Position numbers and translations under genes: made by a program. The notes beneath the pieces were generated by a model, which was not told where the DNA came from, did no database searches, and saw only the letters and a program-made list of their open reading frames with translations. From Squalus acanthias (Eukaryota), in the NCBI GenBank assembly GCA_030390025.1, contig CM059432.1:78060001-78124000 (forward strand): 64,000 nucleotides of DNA, read 5' to 3'. This document shows, one piece after another, positions 37,268 to 51,140 of the stretch. Every line of letters starts with the position of its first letter. Positions within the stretch are counted from its first letter, which is position 1.

Positions 37268-38974
37268 ATATGTGACAGGTAGAGGTACAGAAGAAAATTA
37301 TACATAGGGTACTTAAAAGGTAAAAATGTGCATAAAACAAACAAGGGCAATCTACATACACTGTCGATGATCTAATCTCTGTCAAGTTCTAATGTCAGAG
37401 TCCATTAATCTTTACAACACTTACAAGATGTTTGTGGTACTAACCATATGTTCCTGTTTATTCAGTAGAGTAAAGGTTAAGTGAAGGCAACTGACTTATG
37501 ATATGTGACGGTGTTTTGTCTGGAGGAGTTGTTATGAAAAATACAGAATGTTCATAAAATCTGTAAGTTCAACAAACTAATTATTATTTTTTAAGTGAAC
37601 AATTGGTATTTGGAACTGGGAGTAGGTAGGCTGAATAAGTTAGAAAAAGTGAAATATATTTTGAATTAATGTTAATGTAATTCCCAGTTGATGTGAGTTT
37701 ACACACAAAACCACACTGAGTTCAATACAAATTGACCCTTATTGGGCACAGCTCCATTCCATAGCACTGGCTTAATTCACCTTTAGTGCAAAATTCACAA
37801 AGGCAAGTAGACTTTCATGCTGTTGGAGTAATTGCCTATGTAGTGTACATCTGCTTTTATGAAATTTGTACGGATGAATATTATACTTCAAAGTAATATT
37901 TCAGATGTGAGGGCAACAATAAATATTTTCCTGTAAGATGATTTGTGGATGGTGTTATTCTGAATTAACCTATTTTGCAATGTTTTAGTGTAAATCATTT
38001 AAACAAGCAAGGAAAGTGAATTTACATTTTTGTATAACTCATCTCCAAGATAAACCTAATATGTTATGACCATGACTGGCTACTGCTCCATTATGAGTAG
38101 TATCTTATTGTACCAATTTTTCTTTTGTTGTGTATGTTATTTTAATTGTCAATTTTCTTTACTGTTTAAATAAAAATTAATAAATTAACATTTCTGAGAA
38201 GTTATAGATTGCAAAGTATAGATAGAATCTAAACAGTAATCTTAATCTGAAAAGTTCACTCTAGCATCCAATGTTACTTTAGGCAGAGAGGGACCCTTTA
38301 AATGTAAGTAGCCTAAAAGCCTGTGCAATTGATCATTGAGCTGATTTTTTAATTTTAAATTTCAAAACTTCAACCAGTAGCAGAAAGGCCAGCAGGCACA
38401 CTGTAGCCAGTAATCTAAACTCTGCCATAAATGATCCTGATCGCAGGCAAGTACTAAGGGTGCATCAGGAGTCTTCTATTGTGGAAAATCTAAGCACCGT
38501 ATTGTGTTTAACTGACCCGTTCGGAACAGAAAGGTTCCAGGTTCAATCATTGGTCTGTGCTAAGTTAATTGATCACAACCATGGTAGTGATGGTGGGAAA
38601 TTATAACTGGCTTCAGCATCCCTGGGCTAGGGAGGGGGGGAAAAAATCAGCCTGGTTTCCTATTCACAATCCATATAAAAATGGAACAGGATCTTGTTGG
38701 GCTCCAAAGCATGCTTTTAGATATAAATAGTAAACCCATGGCTCACATGGTTTGTCTAAATTCCCAGCTCTGCCTCTCATGTGGCAGTCAGAAATAAGGG
38801 AGGTATGGAAATCCCAACTGCAGAGATCTGCAGATCAATGGCAACCAGCAACTTGGTGAATACTGGCGGTGATTAAAACCAGGTAAATATACTGGCCTAA
38901 TACCCTAATGAGCCTTTCAGAACTCCTATGCTGGACCACTCTTTTACCCCCACCCCAATACCACACACCAGACA

Positions 38975-40168
38975 GAAAGAGAAAGAACTTGCATTTATAT
39001 AACGCCTTTTACATCCTCAGGATGTCCTAATGTCCTTCACAGTCAGTGAAGCACTATTGAAGTATCATTGTTATTTTGTAGGCAAACGCTGCAGCGAATT
39101 TGTAAGGTCTCAAGAGTAGCAATCATATGAATGACCAGTTAACATGGACAAAATCCTCTGCTCTTTTTTGAATTAGTGCCATGGAATCCACCTGAACAGG
39201 CAGACTTAGCCTTGATTTGATATCTTTTCTGAAAGACAGCGGGCACGATCTTGCCAGCCCTGGGGAGGCAGGTTTGGAGGCGGGACTGCCGGGAAAGTGG
39301 CAGAATCTGGGGGCGGGTGCCCATCCTGCTCCCAACCCGCCTCCGTGCCATCTTCCCAGGAGGTGGGTAGCCGACCCGTGCCGGGTCCAGTCTCCTGGAG
39401 GCGGGAAGGGGATTACAGCCACTAACTGCCTGTTAACAGGCAGATAAGAGGATTATCCCCATTTTACCAACACAAGTGCGGGCTTCCCGAAGGCTGCGAA
39501 CCCCGCCAGGGTCACCGAGGCGAGCAGTGGGTCTGCGGGGGTCGGAGGGGTGCAGAAGTGCTCTGTGAAGGTATGTGATGGGTGCAAGTGTGGAGAGGTG
39601 AGTATGTGAGGTGAGTGGAAAGTGATAGAAAATGTTTACTTACCTTTGTTTCTTCCTGCAGGCTTCAACAGTTGGGGATGCGGAGAGTCTCACATCTCAC
39701 CGGCAGAGATGACCGATGACTGCTGCATTCTCCAATGCAACAACCATCTAATTTCTGCTCACAAAAGAGGTTTGATAAGTCTTGAATACAAGAACTCATC
39801 AAACAACACAGAATGTCAGTGTTTGACAGCGTCATAGAGCTGTCAAACGATGACAATTCATTTGTCAAAATTTTTGACAGATGAAACGTCATACGCTGAC
39901 GTTCTCTGTAACCGGCTTCCCCTTAATTGGCCTGCTAAACCCGCTGGGTGGGTTTAACAAGGTCAATCAAGGAAAAATAGCGTCGATTGGCCAGAAATCG
40001 ATGGAGGCGGGACTAAAACCTGACAAGTGGGAGTCCCGCTTCCAAAAGCTCCCATTGGCAAAATCCAGCCCAGCATCTCCAACAATGCAGCACTCCCTTA
40101 GGACTGCATTGAAAAATCAGCCTTCTGATTCAGAGGTGAGGGTGTTACAACTGAGTCAAGCTGTCACT
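38975..40168 (-). mobile_element. DeuSINE copy interrupted by a MITE
   Basis: The tail (agaa)n cttgcatttatat is at about 38975-39000, and the SINE sequence resumes after 40074. Confidence 0.75.
39241..40071. mobile_element. Harbinger-type MITE (831 bp)
   Basis: TIRs gggcacgatcttgcc / ggcaaaatccagccc (12/15) and a perfect 3-bp TSD AGC inside a SINE; related to 42123-42977. Confidence 0.85.
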
Positions 40169-41190
40169 TAATCACTTACCTCTCCATTGCCTCCATTAAT
40201 GCCAGTGTAACCAGCCACATACAAAGTGTCGAGATTGATTTCCCTATTCCTCCTTTTATAAGCAAAAATTATAGTTCAAATTATTAGACAAGTATTTATT
40301 CTGTAGTCCTGTCCTATTCTCTTGAGTTCTAACTGGCTGCCATATAACAGAACACTCTAGCAAGAGAGTCTTGTGATGAGGCGAAGAATTGTGCTGAGGT
40401 CCCTCAAAGGAAAGCTACTCTTGTCTACCAGTCTCTCCTTATTCACCACAGTTGGACCAGGAACAAAAGAAGCAGTAACTAGGAGGGCCAAACAAATGGC
40501 CAGTGGAATGAAGGAATCGGGACAATGTAACAGAAAGTCATCACACTGAGGAATCAGTAATATCATAATCTCCATCTGCAGAGGCCCAAATAAGAAAGCA
40601 CAATATTCACTGTGTGCATATAACACCAAGACAGGAACCTCAGCAGAAGTATGTGGCTGTCTGAATGTTGATGGTGCTAGCAAGTCACATTAATAACCCT
40701 GCTCTTGCATGGAGTTCAAAAATAATACTCCCAATTAAAGAGATGCAGTTGCTCCTAAAGTGACTTTCCATTTAGAGCAATTTTTGCATCTCTGGATCCC
40801 TTACCCCTTTCCACTGAGGCCAGAGTGCTGCATCCTGGGACTTTGAAATGATGTTTTTACAAGCTTTAGTACTGCCTAGGTTTGACTGAGAGGCACAAAA
40901 CACATACACCTCAACTCCATTGGAAATTGGGATGCTTATACTCCACTGAGAACAGATTTCGTGCCTGACTGAGAAATCCCATACTCAAGAGAACAAACTG
41001 TCAACAATAAGAAAAATAACTGAGCCGAAAAAAACACAGATGTGTGTGCACACAAGTGTGTATGTGTGCTACAAAACAATTTTAAAACGGGAGGGAAGAG
41101 CAAGCTGTGGAAAGGGATGACTTTAAAAAAAAAAATTGGGGCAACTGTGAGTTGCTTTGGAGAGCTAGAAATTCCAAAAGTAGACAGTAA

Positions 41191-43801
41191 GGGGGGAATT
41201 TTTCGGGGGGTCAGCAAGCACGTTTGGTGACGGGTCGGGTGGGAACTTTTTTTTTGGCAGCGGGTCGGGAGCCCGCTGTCAACCAGGCGCCATGTGCCTT
41301 TCCCAGATGTTGGGTCTGTCAGCGCTGAACAGACCCGACAAACAGCGACGGGGGAGGCAATTCAGGTCATTCTGACCTTGTTAACAGCCTATTAAGAAGT
41401 ATTTTGAGCTCACCGTACCATTTTACGAGGTCGCCCACGGGGTTCACACTGCTCGGGGATCACGTCAGGTAAGCAGGTCAGGAGTTGTATGACCATGGAA
41501 TCACCTCATTACTTGACAGCTGCAAATGTGCTATAAAAGCTCCCATCTCACATCTATTCACTTGCCAAGCTCAGACACTGTTGCTTACTGCATTTGGAAG
41601 ACAGATTGAACTTTATGCAGGTTTCAAGTGTTTGGAGTAAACTCTATATCCAGTGTCACCTCATTGGAACAACCTCTCTCACCATTGACAGATCGCTTTT
41701 GTCATCTCAAGTTCACCAGCCATCTATTACATCAGCATTGGTGCCCTTGAACCTATCTTACCTTGGTCCTCAGGATCCCACCACGATCAGCCCCAACATC
41801 AACAACAACACTAACCTTCTCCACAATCAACTGATGCTGCACAGGACACAGGGCATCAGCACCCGACCACATTGCTGCCCGGGAGGCCAGGGATGGCCTC
41901 ACCATGGCCAGATTTACTTCACTTGATGCTATACACCCTGGCTGCCACATGATGCGCCAGGTTGGCACCACCCCACACCAACACCATAAAGCATCCCTGC
42001 AATGCCCAAGCCATTCGTTTCACACTCATGACCATTGCGGGGGTTACCGTTATGTCTCATCATTCACTGCAACTCACTAAGCCACTTCCAAAGGTTCACA
42101 CAAATCTGTCTAAGAACACAAAGGGCTGGATTTTACCAGCCGAGGAGCCGTGTTGGGAGACGGGACTGCTGGGAAAATCAAAAAGAATGGGAGCAGGTCC
42201 CAAACCCACTCCCAACCTGCCTCCAACCAATCTTCCTGGAAGTCGGGTCCCCGATTTGTGCAGGGACCTGACTCCTAGCGGCGGGAAGAGGATTATAGCC
42301 ACTTTACTGCCTGTTAACAGGTAGTTAACAGGCAGTTAAAAGAGGCTTTTTCCCATTTTGCGACTTCTGCTGCAGGCTTCCCGATGTCGGGGAACCCCGC
42401 CAGGGTAAGTGAGGTGTGCTGTGGGTCTGTTGTAATGTTTGTGTATAGATGACAGCTGCAGGAGTGGTGTGAAGGATGCAATGGGACACTGGTGAGTATC
42501 AGAGGTAAGGAAATGTTGGGAAAGTCATTTTTAATGTGTTTAGATTTTTCTGTAGGTGACAAGCTTTGAAGTGTTTGTGTGGCCTCACCTCATTGGGAGA
42601 AGTGACAGATCGCTTCTGTATCATCACCTGCAGCTGCCATCTGTTTTATCCCAAGGAGAAAGTCATTGGAGACCCTGGGTGCAAGGGCTTACCTTTGTAC
42701 AGTGATTGGCAGTGTTTGACAGCACCTCAATGCTGTCAAACACTGTCAAAAATAGATGGTTCATGTCCCTTTAAGAAAACCGGCAGAAGAAGTGTCATCA
42801 ACTGACGTCATCTGACACCGGCTTTCCCTTAATTGGCCAGCAAGCCCGTAGGGCGGGCTTAACAAGGCCAATCAGGGCAAAATAGCGTCTGTGCGTCGGA
42901 CGTCGCTGCGGGCGGGACTAGAACCCTGAAGGCAGCAGTCCCACCCCCAACTCGTCTCGGTAAGTAAAATCCAGCCCATAGTGTTGAAAATAAAGATGTC
43001 AATGTTTGACAGCACATTAACAGAAATTTCACATGAACATTGGCTAAAACACCCAAGTGCCTACCCTTGTGTGTTGTTACTTGGTATGATTGGACTAGGA
43101 TGAGGGTGAGTATGAGGGGTGGCTAGTGAGATGGGGAAGTGATAATGTAGATAGAGCGGGATGGGTGGAGGTGCAAGGTAAGTTGGTGTGAGTAAGGATA
43201 TGCAGGAGTAGGGTAGGGCAGGTAGAGTGATGGGGACGTGATGAGTGGCACAGCAGGATGAGGTTGAGTGTGGCTTTGTACTAACGTTTCGTGATCTACT
43301 GAGATTATTGAAAATTTTGCGTCACTGCAGCCTGGTCCTCCTCACGACATCCCTGCTTGTGTCCTCCTGTGCAATGTGCAACCAGGCTGCGTTGATCTCC
43401 TGGGGAGGTCTCTTCTGCCCACTGGAAGGGAAGAGAACCTCCCTGCGTGCTATGACTCCCTCCATAAGCATATGGAGGGAGTCATGGAAGAGCCGGGGTG
43501 CAGCCGTGCACCTCTGCAGTGCTCGTCAGTGTTTGCAGCACCTCAATGCTGTAGAATACAGACAGCACAAATGTCAAAATGAATTTGCACATGGTCCCTT
43601 TAAGGAAACTGGCTGATGATGCATCATCGAATGACATAATCAGACCCGCTTCCTTCAATTGACCGACAAACGTGCTGGGCGGGCTTAACAAGCCCAAGAG
43701 GGGAAAATCATTTTCGACAGCGGGCTGGAGCCAGCAGTGAGGCCGGGACCCGCCACCGACGTCGCCCGCCACAGACCCACCGAGGTTGGTAAAATCCAGC
43801 C
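41191..43801. mobile_element. Deleted Harbinger derivative with a nested MITE
   Basis: The right end is ggtaaaatccagcc. Myb exon 1 on - (about 43285-43510) reads AAPRLFHDSLHMLMEGVIARREVLFP..AAWLHIAQE. A possible nuclease N-terminal relic lies on + at about 41730-41950. The left TIR is degenerate. Confidence 0.7.
42123..42977. mobile_element. Harbinger-type MITE (855 bp)
   Basis: Perfect 14-bp TIRs GGGCTGGATTTTAC / GTAAAATCCAGCCC; flanks AAA/ATA. Confidence 0.85.
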
Positions 43802-44043
43802 TGTAATTTAGAGCACAACCCAAAGCCTCAGTCTTTTTAGGTGCTACATGCCAAAGAAAACTGTCAATTGAGGAAAAAAGTAAACAACGTTTAAAATTTG
43901 TCCTTCTTCACTGAGGAGGATAATCGTTAATAATGGCAGGAACTAAAACAACAGTAGCTTATCTACACTTCATACGCGTTTTCAAAAAATTGATGCTGCT
44001 TTTCCACAATCTCAAAATCTCAATTTTCTTAAAAAAGTATATA

Positions 44044-46404
44044 CAGGAAACTCTCGTTTAAACGGCACCTAAATATCCGGAATTCTCTATTAACCGGCAA
44101 AATTCATACTCCGAAAACTCCTCCCCAATAACCGGCAATGTTGCCGAGTCCGAGTCTCCTGCGAACGCCGAGTTAGTCAGTGGGGGTAGTTCTCCAAAGT
44201 GCCACTACTCGGCTTCCCGGCGCTGTGGGAAGTCCGAACACCGCAATAACAGGAGACTGATTCTCCCGTGCTGCCGGTAGTCTCTTCTGATCCGCCATTT
44301 TATTGTGTGTCTCCCGCGCTGCTGGTAGTCTCTTCCGAGCCACCATTTTTCTGTGTGTCTCTCCATCTTTATCGGGAATTATCTCCCCCATCTTGCATTA
44401 TGGAATTCCCAAAAGCTGGTCCAAGCAAAAGGAAGAGAGTGGTGTTAACTTTAAAACAGAAAATCGAGATATGCCAACGACTAGAAAGGGGAGAGAAGCG
44501 TATCAACATTATGAATGAATTCAAAATCGGTTCGTCAACAATCTACAACATCAAATCGCAGAAGGATAAGCTGCTCAAGTTTTATTCAAGCTCGGAGACA
44601 TCTAAGAGTGTAGAGAAACGGCGTACGCTTCGTAAGCCTAAGCTTGAAGAGCTGGATACCGTGCTTTATGAGTGGTTTTCTCTTAAGCATTCAGAGGGTG
44701 TTCCACTTTCCGGACCCATGCTAATCGAGAAAGCGAAGGATTTCTACGAAAGGATGGAGCTCACTGACAAGTGTGCTTTCTCCAAGGGATGGCTAACGTG
44801 CTTCAAGTTACGGCACGGGATACGATGACTCAATATTTCCGGGGAGAAGAAATCAGCTGATCACGCGCCGCAGAAGAATACTGCGATTATTTCAATCGGA
44901 TTGTGCAGCAACATGATTTGTCGCCAGCACAGATATATAATGCCGATGAAACTGGCTTATTTTGGAGGTTTTTGCCAGAATCAACGCTTGCTGGGGCTAG
45001 TGAGGCTAATGCTTCAGGTTACAAGAAAAATAAAGATCGTGTAACCGTGCTAACATGTGCGAACGCTGCTGGATCATACCGGGTTAAACTTCTTGTTATT
45101 GGGAAGTATAAAAATCCCTGTGCATTTAAAAATGTGAGGCACTTACCTGTTGAGTACAAAGATCAAAAAAATGCTTGGATGGATAAGGAAATTTTCTCCT
45201 ATTGGTTCCATCTGTGAGGGAACATTTCCGTAAAATAGGGAAACCTGAAGATAGCAAATGCATTTTATTGCTTGATAATTGTAGAGCCCATCTGCATGAA
45301 TCCGAGTTGGTTTCGGGAAATATTTTCACCATTTATTTGCCACCAAATGTAACTTCTCTCATACAACCCATGGACCAGGGCGTTATCCAAAATCTGAAGT
45401 GTCATTACAAGAAAGACTTCCTACGTAAACTGATAAACCAAGATGACAATATTCACGCATTTCAGAAGGAATACAGTATTAAAGATGCCATCTATAATGT
45501 TGCATGTTCCTGGAAATGGTGAAAGGTCACACTCTGAGGCAAGCCTGGCACAAATTGTGGCCTTCTGTAATGTTTGCTGAAGGTTCTTCTTCAGAGGAGG
45601 AATTTCATGGGTTCAATGTTCGTCCCAAGAAGAGTACAATAATGGAAATGGCTGGCATGGTGAAAAATGTAGGCCCAGCAAACCCTCTACGTCACCTCAG
45701 TGAAAGTGATATCGAGCAGTGGGTTGATGCAGATAGAGAAGTTGGTGTTGTGCATATGCTAAGTGATGATGAAATAATTGAGAGTGTTTTGAATCCAAAG
45801 AAAGAAAAGGAAAGTGAGATGGAAAGTGAAGAGGATGAGATTTCTGAAGAGAACAAGATTTCTTGGGCTAAAGCTGCAGAAGGATTTTCTTCAATCCTCC
45901 AATTTGCTGAAAGGCAGCCTTGCTACTCTGCCCAAGAAGTTATGCAACTCCATATTCTGCATTCCACGTTTCTACAGAAAAGGCAAGAGTCCACTAAGCA
46001 AGCCGACATCCGCAACATGTTTAAGAAAGCTTCCAAAAGAGTCGAAGCAGCGGAAGTGCCTGAAGAATCTGTGGAAGTGCATGATCCTGATGACCCAGCT
46101 GGCATGGATATTCCTGATGAACCAGTTGACTTGGAATAAGTGTACAGTCAACTACAGTTAAGTAATTAAAGAGTTATGGATTACCCTCAACTGGCAGTAC
46201 TGTACTTAATCAAGCATCTTCCACCATCCATTTAACACAACATTCTGTAGGTGAGTACCCAATTACTGTATACTGCACATTTCTTGATTTTTTTATTTTT
46301 GTTTGTTAAAAATAGATTTGAGATAACCCTCTCCATCATCCGGAATTTTTATTCAACCGGCACCACCCCGGTCCCGTCGGTGCCAGATACAAAAGAGTTT
46401 CCTG
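44044..46404 (+). mobile_element. Full-length pogo/Tigger DNA transposon (2361 bp)
   Basis: TA on both flanks; 26-bp imperfect TIRs beginning CAGGAAACTCT and ending GGCACC; internal transposase. Confidence 0.95.
44400..46139 (+). pseudogene. pogo/Tigger transposase (HTH-psq, CENP-B HTH, DDE_1; DD32D), disrupted by a stop and frameshifts
   Basis: Motifs [40 protein letters not shown] and LLLDN..QPMDQG across ORFs 44268, 44903, 45202 and 45504. Confidence 0.93.
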
Positions 46405-46809
46405 TACTAGTAATAATACGGTAGTATCAATGAATTTAGGGAATGGGATAAAACAAATGCAAACTTTGCTGTTATGCAGGAAAAGAAAAATAGGCTACAA
46501 TTTGCTAATACAGTACAATAAAGTGGAAAAAGGAGTAGGGCAGATATCTTTTTATGTCAGGGTGCTTATGGGATTAGGCTGGATAGCTCTTTTGTCGGCC
46601 GGCGCGAACACAATGGGCCGAAATGGCCTCCTTCCGTGCTGTAAATTTCTATGATTCTACGGGGAACCTGTAAATTAAAAGGTCACTTACCTTATTGGGT
46701 CAACTATGGTCTTGATGCCTATCCCACTCAACTCCTCTGATCTGATGGGACCAGACAAAAGGCCTTGGTACATCATGTGACATGGATTGGTAATTGGTTG
46801 GGAGGTAGA

Positions 46810-47190
46810 AGACATATATATCAATGACTTGGATGACGGAATAGAGTGTAGTATATCCAAGTTTGCAGATGACACCAAGCTTGGAGGCACAGTTGGGCTG
46901 AAATTGGTCGACACCAGTAGTACAAAACAGCCTCATAGCATATCAGCAACTCATTTTACACCGCGCCCAATTTTCTTTTCCATTGAACTGAATGGTGTTA
47001 AATGGGCTGCCAATTTGCTACGAGCCCGTTTCATGCTTTTAGTGCAGACCAATTTCACCCCAAGTTGTTCAGATGGGAGCAGGAAGTTATAAAGGGACAT
47101 AGACAGACAAAGTGAGTGGGCAAAACTATAGCAGGTGGAGTTCAATATGGGGAAGTTTAAGTTTGGATCGGAGAAAGACAAATTGGAATA
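46810..47190 (+). mobile_element. Old CR1 RT fragment interrupted by a small MITE
   Basis: [21 protein letters not shown], resuming after 47061. Confidence 0.75.
46895..47061. mobile_element. 167-bp MITE
   Basis: TIRs gggctgaaattggtc / gaccaatttcacccc (14/15); it splits the CR1 coding sequence; TSD not resolved. Confidence 0.75.
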
Positions 47191-47959
47191 GCTAAGTAGT
47201 TAGAAAGGTTGTCACCAGGTGTGTCACTGAGCAGTAATGCCAGTGAGAACCTGGGAATGGAAGAGAGGGAGAATGTTGTTCTTCCACAGAGGGGAGAAAA
47301 CAACTACCCTCAGCTGAGGAGCCGAGAGACCCAGATCTCAGGGTCCAGTCTTCAAAATACCAATGATTTGGGAACACTGACCTCATGGAGACAGTGGAGA
47401 TGGTTTTCAATCAGGGCAAGAGTCCATTATCTCCATCCAAAACCCACTGCAGATAATTTCTCACAACCAGCAGAAAACCCTGGGGATTGTAACAGCCCAG
47501 GAGATTGCTGCAGCATCAAAACATCAGGAAGAGCTTCTAAGGGAATTGGTGGCTTTCAGAGTGATAGCATCCAATGCTTCTAAAGATTCTTTGAACAGAA
47601 ACTTTATCAGGGCTTCAAAGACCTTACTAGGGATATTCAGTCTGTGATGACACCGGCCAGTAGCATCTCTGAGCCTGTGCCCAGGACTAGTGGGCTGCAT
47701 GGAATGGATGAAAATGTCACCATCTCTGCAGAGAGTAGCAGTGAGCTTTGTTCCTTAAGATCACCTTCAATATGACGAAGCTTCAGACATGAGCCCTGTA
47801 CGTTTTGCTACTGCAACTGCTATGTTGCCAGAAGCTGGGACAGCAGCTACCCTGAGATGAGCCACCTTAGGTATTGAAGACTATAGGGGAACCATTCCAG
47901 CAACCCACACCTCAACTTCGTGCCATTCAGGGAGCACTTCATAGGGTAAAGGGAAAGGG

Positions 47960-49425
47960 GGGGGGGGGAATTTCTGAAATGTGTTCAGGAGAATTTCCTT
48001 GACCAGTATGTTCTTGGCCCAACTAGGAAGGAGGCATTGCTGGATCTGGTGCTGGGAAAATGAGGTGGGCCAGGTCGACCAAATGTCTGTGGGAGAACAC
48101 TTGGGTACGGGTGATCATCGTATCATAAAATTTAGATTAGCAATCGAGAGGAGCAAGGAACAATCTAGAGTGAAACTTCTAAACTGGAATAGGGCTAACT
48201 TCAATGGGATGCAAAAGGATCTAGCCAGAGTAAAATGGAACCAAAGACAGACAGGAAAAACTGTAATGGAACAATGGGTGATCTTTAAGGAGGAGATGTT
48301 CCAAGTACAGGCTAGGTACATTCCAACAAGAGGGAAGGGTAAGGGAACCAAAGCAAGGGCTCCTTAGATGACGAGGGAGATAGAGAAGATGATGAAACAA
48401 AAAGAGGGTGTATGATGAATGTCAGGTGAATTCTTCAAGGGAGAACCAGACTAAATACAATACGTTGCGAGGGGAAGTGAAGATGAAAATAAGATTGGCA
48501 AAGAGAGAATATGAGAGTAGAATGGCGGTTAACATAAAAGGGAACCCAAAAATCTTCTGCAGCCATGTAAACAGTAAGCAGGTAGTAAGAGGCGGGGTGG
48601 GGCCTATTAGGGACAAAGAAGGTGATATATGCTTAGAGGCGCAGGGCAAGGCTAGAATACTCAATGAGTACTTTGTATCAGTGTTTACTAAGGAGGTGGA
48701 TGCTGACAAAATATCGGTAGAAGTGGAAAAGGTAGAAGCAATGGAAGGGGTGAAAATTGATAGACAGGATGCACTAGAAAGGCTGGGTATGCTTAGATTG
48801 GATAAGTCGCCTGGTCCAGATGGCTTGCATCCCAGGATGCTAAGGGAATTGGGGGAGGAGATAGTGGAAGCGCTTGCCATAATTTTCCAATCTTCCCTAG
48901 ACACGGGGGAGGTGCCCGAGGATTGGAAAGTGCCAAATGTGACACCACTGTTCAAGAAAGGGTGTAAGGACAATCCTAGTAACTACAGGCCGGTCAGTTT
49001 AACATCAGTGGTGGGTAAAGTTTTAGAAACAATAATCAAGGAAAAAAATTAATGAGCATTTGGAGAGGTTTAAGCTAATTAAGGAGGGCCAACATGGATT
49101 TGTAAAAGGCAGATTGTAGTTTGACTAATCTAATTGAATTTTTGACAAAGTAACAGGGAGGATTGATGAAGGGAATGCAATGGATGTTGTCTACATGGAT
49201 TTTCGGAAGGTGTTTGACAAAGTACCACATAGAAGGCTGGTTAACAAAATTGAGGCTCATGGAATAGGTGGGTCAGTGGCAGCTTGGATAAGGAATTGGC
49301 TTAAGGACAGAAAACAGCGAGTTGTGGTAAATGGCTGTTTTTCAGACTGGAGGATGGTAGAGTGGTGTTCCCCAAGGGTCAGTGCTGGGGCTACTGCTTT
49401 TAAAAATATAAATATATGACCTGGA
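47960..49425 (+). mobile_element. CR1 ORF2 fragment (APE end to RT)
   Basis: ORFs 47981, 48408 and 49180 contain SPGPDGLHPRML, NYRPVSLTSVVGK and DFRKVFDKVPH. Confidence 0.9.
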
Positions 49426-50994
49426 TATTGGCACTGGCAGTGTGGCAGTGGTGGGAGGACGAATGCTGTCATCCTGAGAAAGGACAGCAGGTTCTTGCTC
49501 CACAGAGCCACTGCCACTTCCCTGGGGCGGCGCCTCAGCATTCCTAGCCATCTGTTGGAAGAGATTGCTGGACTGCTGTGAGACCCTGCAACCCCTTTCC
49601 ACACTCGCAAATCCAGCCACGATGGCATCAGTCGGAGTTTGCGAGGCAGCAAGCTGAGACTGCATGAGAGCAGTCTGAGCTTCCACTACAGCAATCAGAC
49701 GTTGGGTCGCTTCCGTTTGGAAGCTGCGACATCGCCCATCACACCCAGCATCATGGTTGGATCCACATGTGATCTAATGGAGTTATCCATCACTTCCATC
49801 CTGGAAATCATGGGCTCCAAGCTCCATGCAAAGCCCCGTGCAATGTTGGATCCAGACTCCTCCATGACACTGACAAGAGGCTCTCTGGCAGGTCTCCCAT
49901 TGCACCTAGCAATTCTGTGTGCATGCCCATCAGCTTTCTACTGAAGGCCGCCAAATCAAAGTCCTCATCTGAGTCCTGTGCTGCAGAACTCGTGTGTGAA
50001 CTCTCCCTCCAGGGAGCTGGCACCCGACCTACCCTTTTCCCCTGCCCTGGCTGCAGCCCACTCGTGCGTGGTGACTCACCTCGTGCAGATCCCACATCTA
50101 TACTACCCTCAAGTTCACGCAGTGCCATTTTCTGAGTTGGTGTCTGGGAGCGTCAAATCGAATGACGGTGCCTCTTCTCCTCTACTTGGTCGGGGACTGG
50201 CTGGGCTACTGGCAGTTCTTGGGTATCTGAAAGGAGAAAGGCTCAAGAGTCAGGTTGTGATAAGGGGCGGGAGGAAGCAAGATGTGCATGCTTACACCAT
50301 CAGCAGCTTGTAAGTGAGAAGAGATTGTGTGACGAGGGGTTAGTGGGATGTCAGAAGTAGTATTAGGTATGAGCATACCATCATCAGTAATGTTTTCAAC
50401 CTCGCCGCTTGCCACGGCCTCAGTGATGGCCCCTCCAATGATCTCCAATACAGTAAGGTTCTGCAGAGGTGTTTCACCTCCACCTGTCTGCTGCTGCTCA
50501 CAGTGGTTGTAAGCCACCTTGGCCTGCAAGAGAAAGGGAACTGTGTCAGTGAGTGTGGTGGAATGTGTTTGGATGATGTGCCTGTCATGGTGAATAGCTG
50601 AAATTGTGTGCAAGGTGCGAGACTTGCAGCAGTGGTAGTGTGAGGGTGAGGTGAAGCTAGGATTGTGAGGTATGAGCCGTGATTGCTAGAGATTGTTGGT
50701 AGGTGAGTGATGGGTGTGTAGTGCATTGAGCAGTGTGAGAGGCTAGTGGTGCAGTTGGTGGGATTTGGCAACTGAAGTTGCATTCACTCACCTTGACCAC
50801 TCGTGTGAGATCATTAAACTTCTTGCGGCACTGGATCCAGGTCCTGAGGGCAACACTCATGGCACTGACGGCTTGGGCTATCTCCTTCCACAGCCTTCTG
50901 TCTGGTAGGCCTACTGCCCGCTTGCGGCTAGAGGACCAAGGCCTCCAGTGCTGTATCTGAGAAGCACCTTGCCCTCTCTTCCCTGTTGTGACAT
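49426..50994 (-). pseudogene. Harbinger Myb/SANT-like gene relic with exon structure
   Basis: RARCFSDTALEALV..RTWIQCRKKFNDLTRVVK followed by donor gtgagt (50791-50786). Exon 2 reads AKVAYNHCEQQQTGGG; exon 3 runs down from about 50228. Confidence 0.8.
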
Positions 50995-51140
50995 GGCTGC
51001 ATCCACAGTGACAATGAGGTGCTTCTGCAACAAAGCACCTCCCCTTTAAGAAGTGCAGAGAGCCTAGACAAAATTTTATTGGCCAGTAGACTACATACGA
51101 TATTGGCCCTGCCTCTTGAGCGCTGAGCCAACCAGCAGAA

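Noticed and set aside
40357..40683. 108-aa hydrophobic ORF
   Set aside because: No domain is recognised, and the opposite strand looks like decayed L2 linker sequence.
44400..46139. Domesticated JRKL/TIGD gene
   Set aside because: It is enclosed by TIRs and TA flanks and disrupted by a stop and frameshifts.
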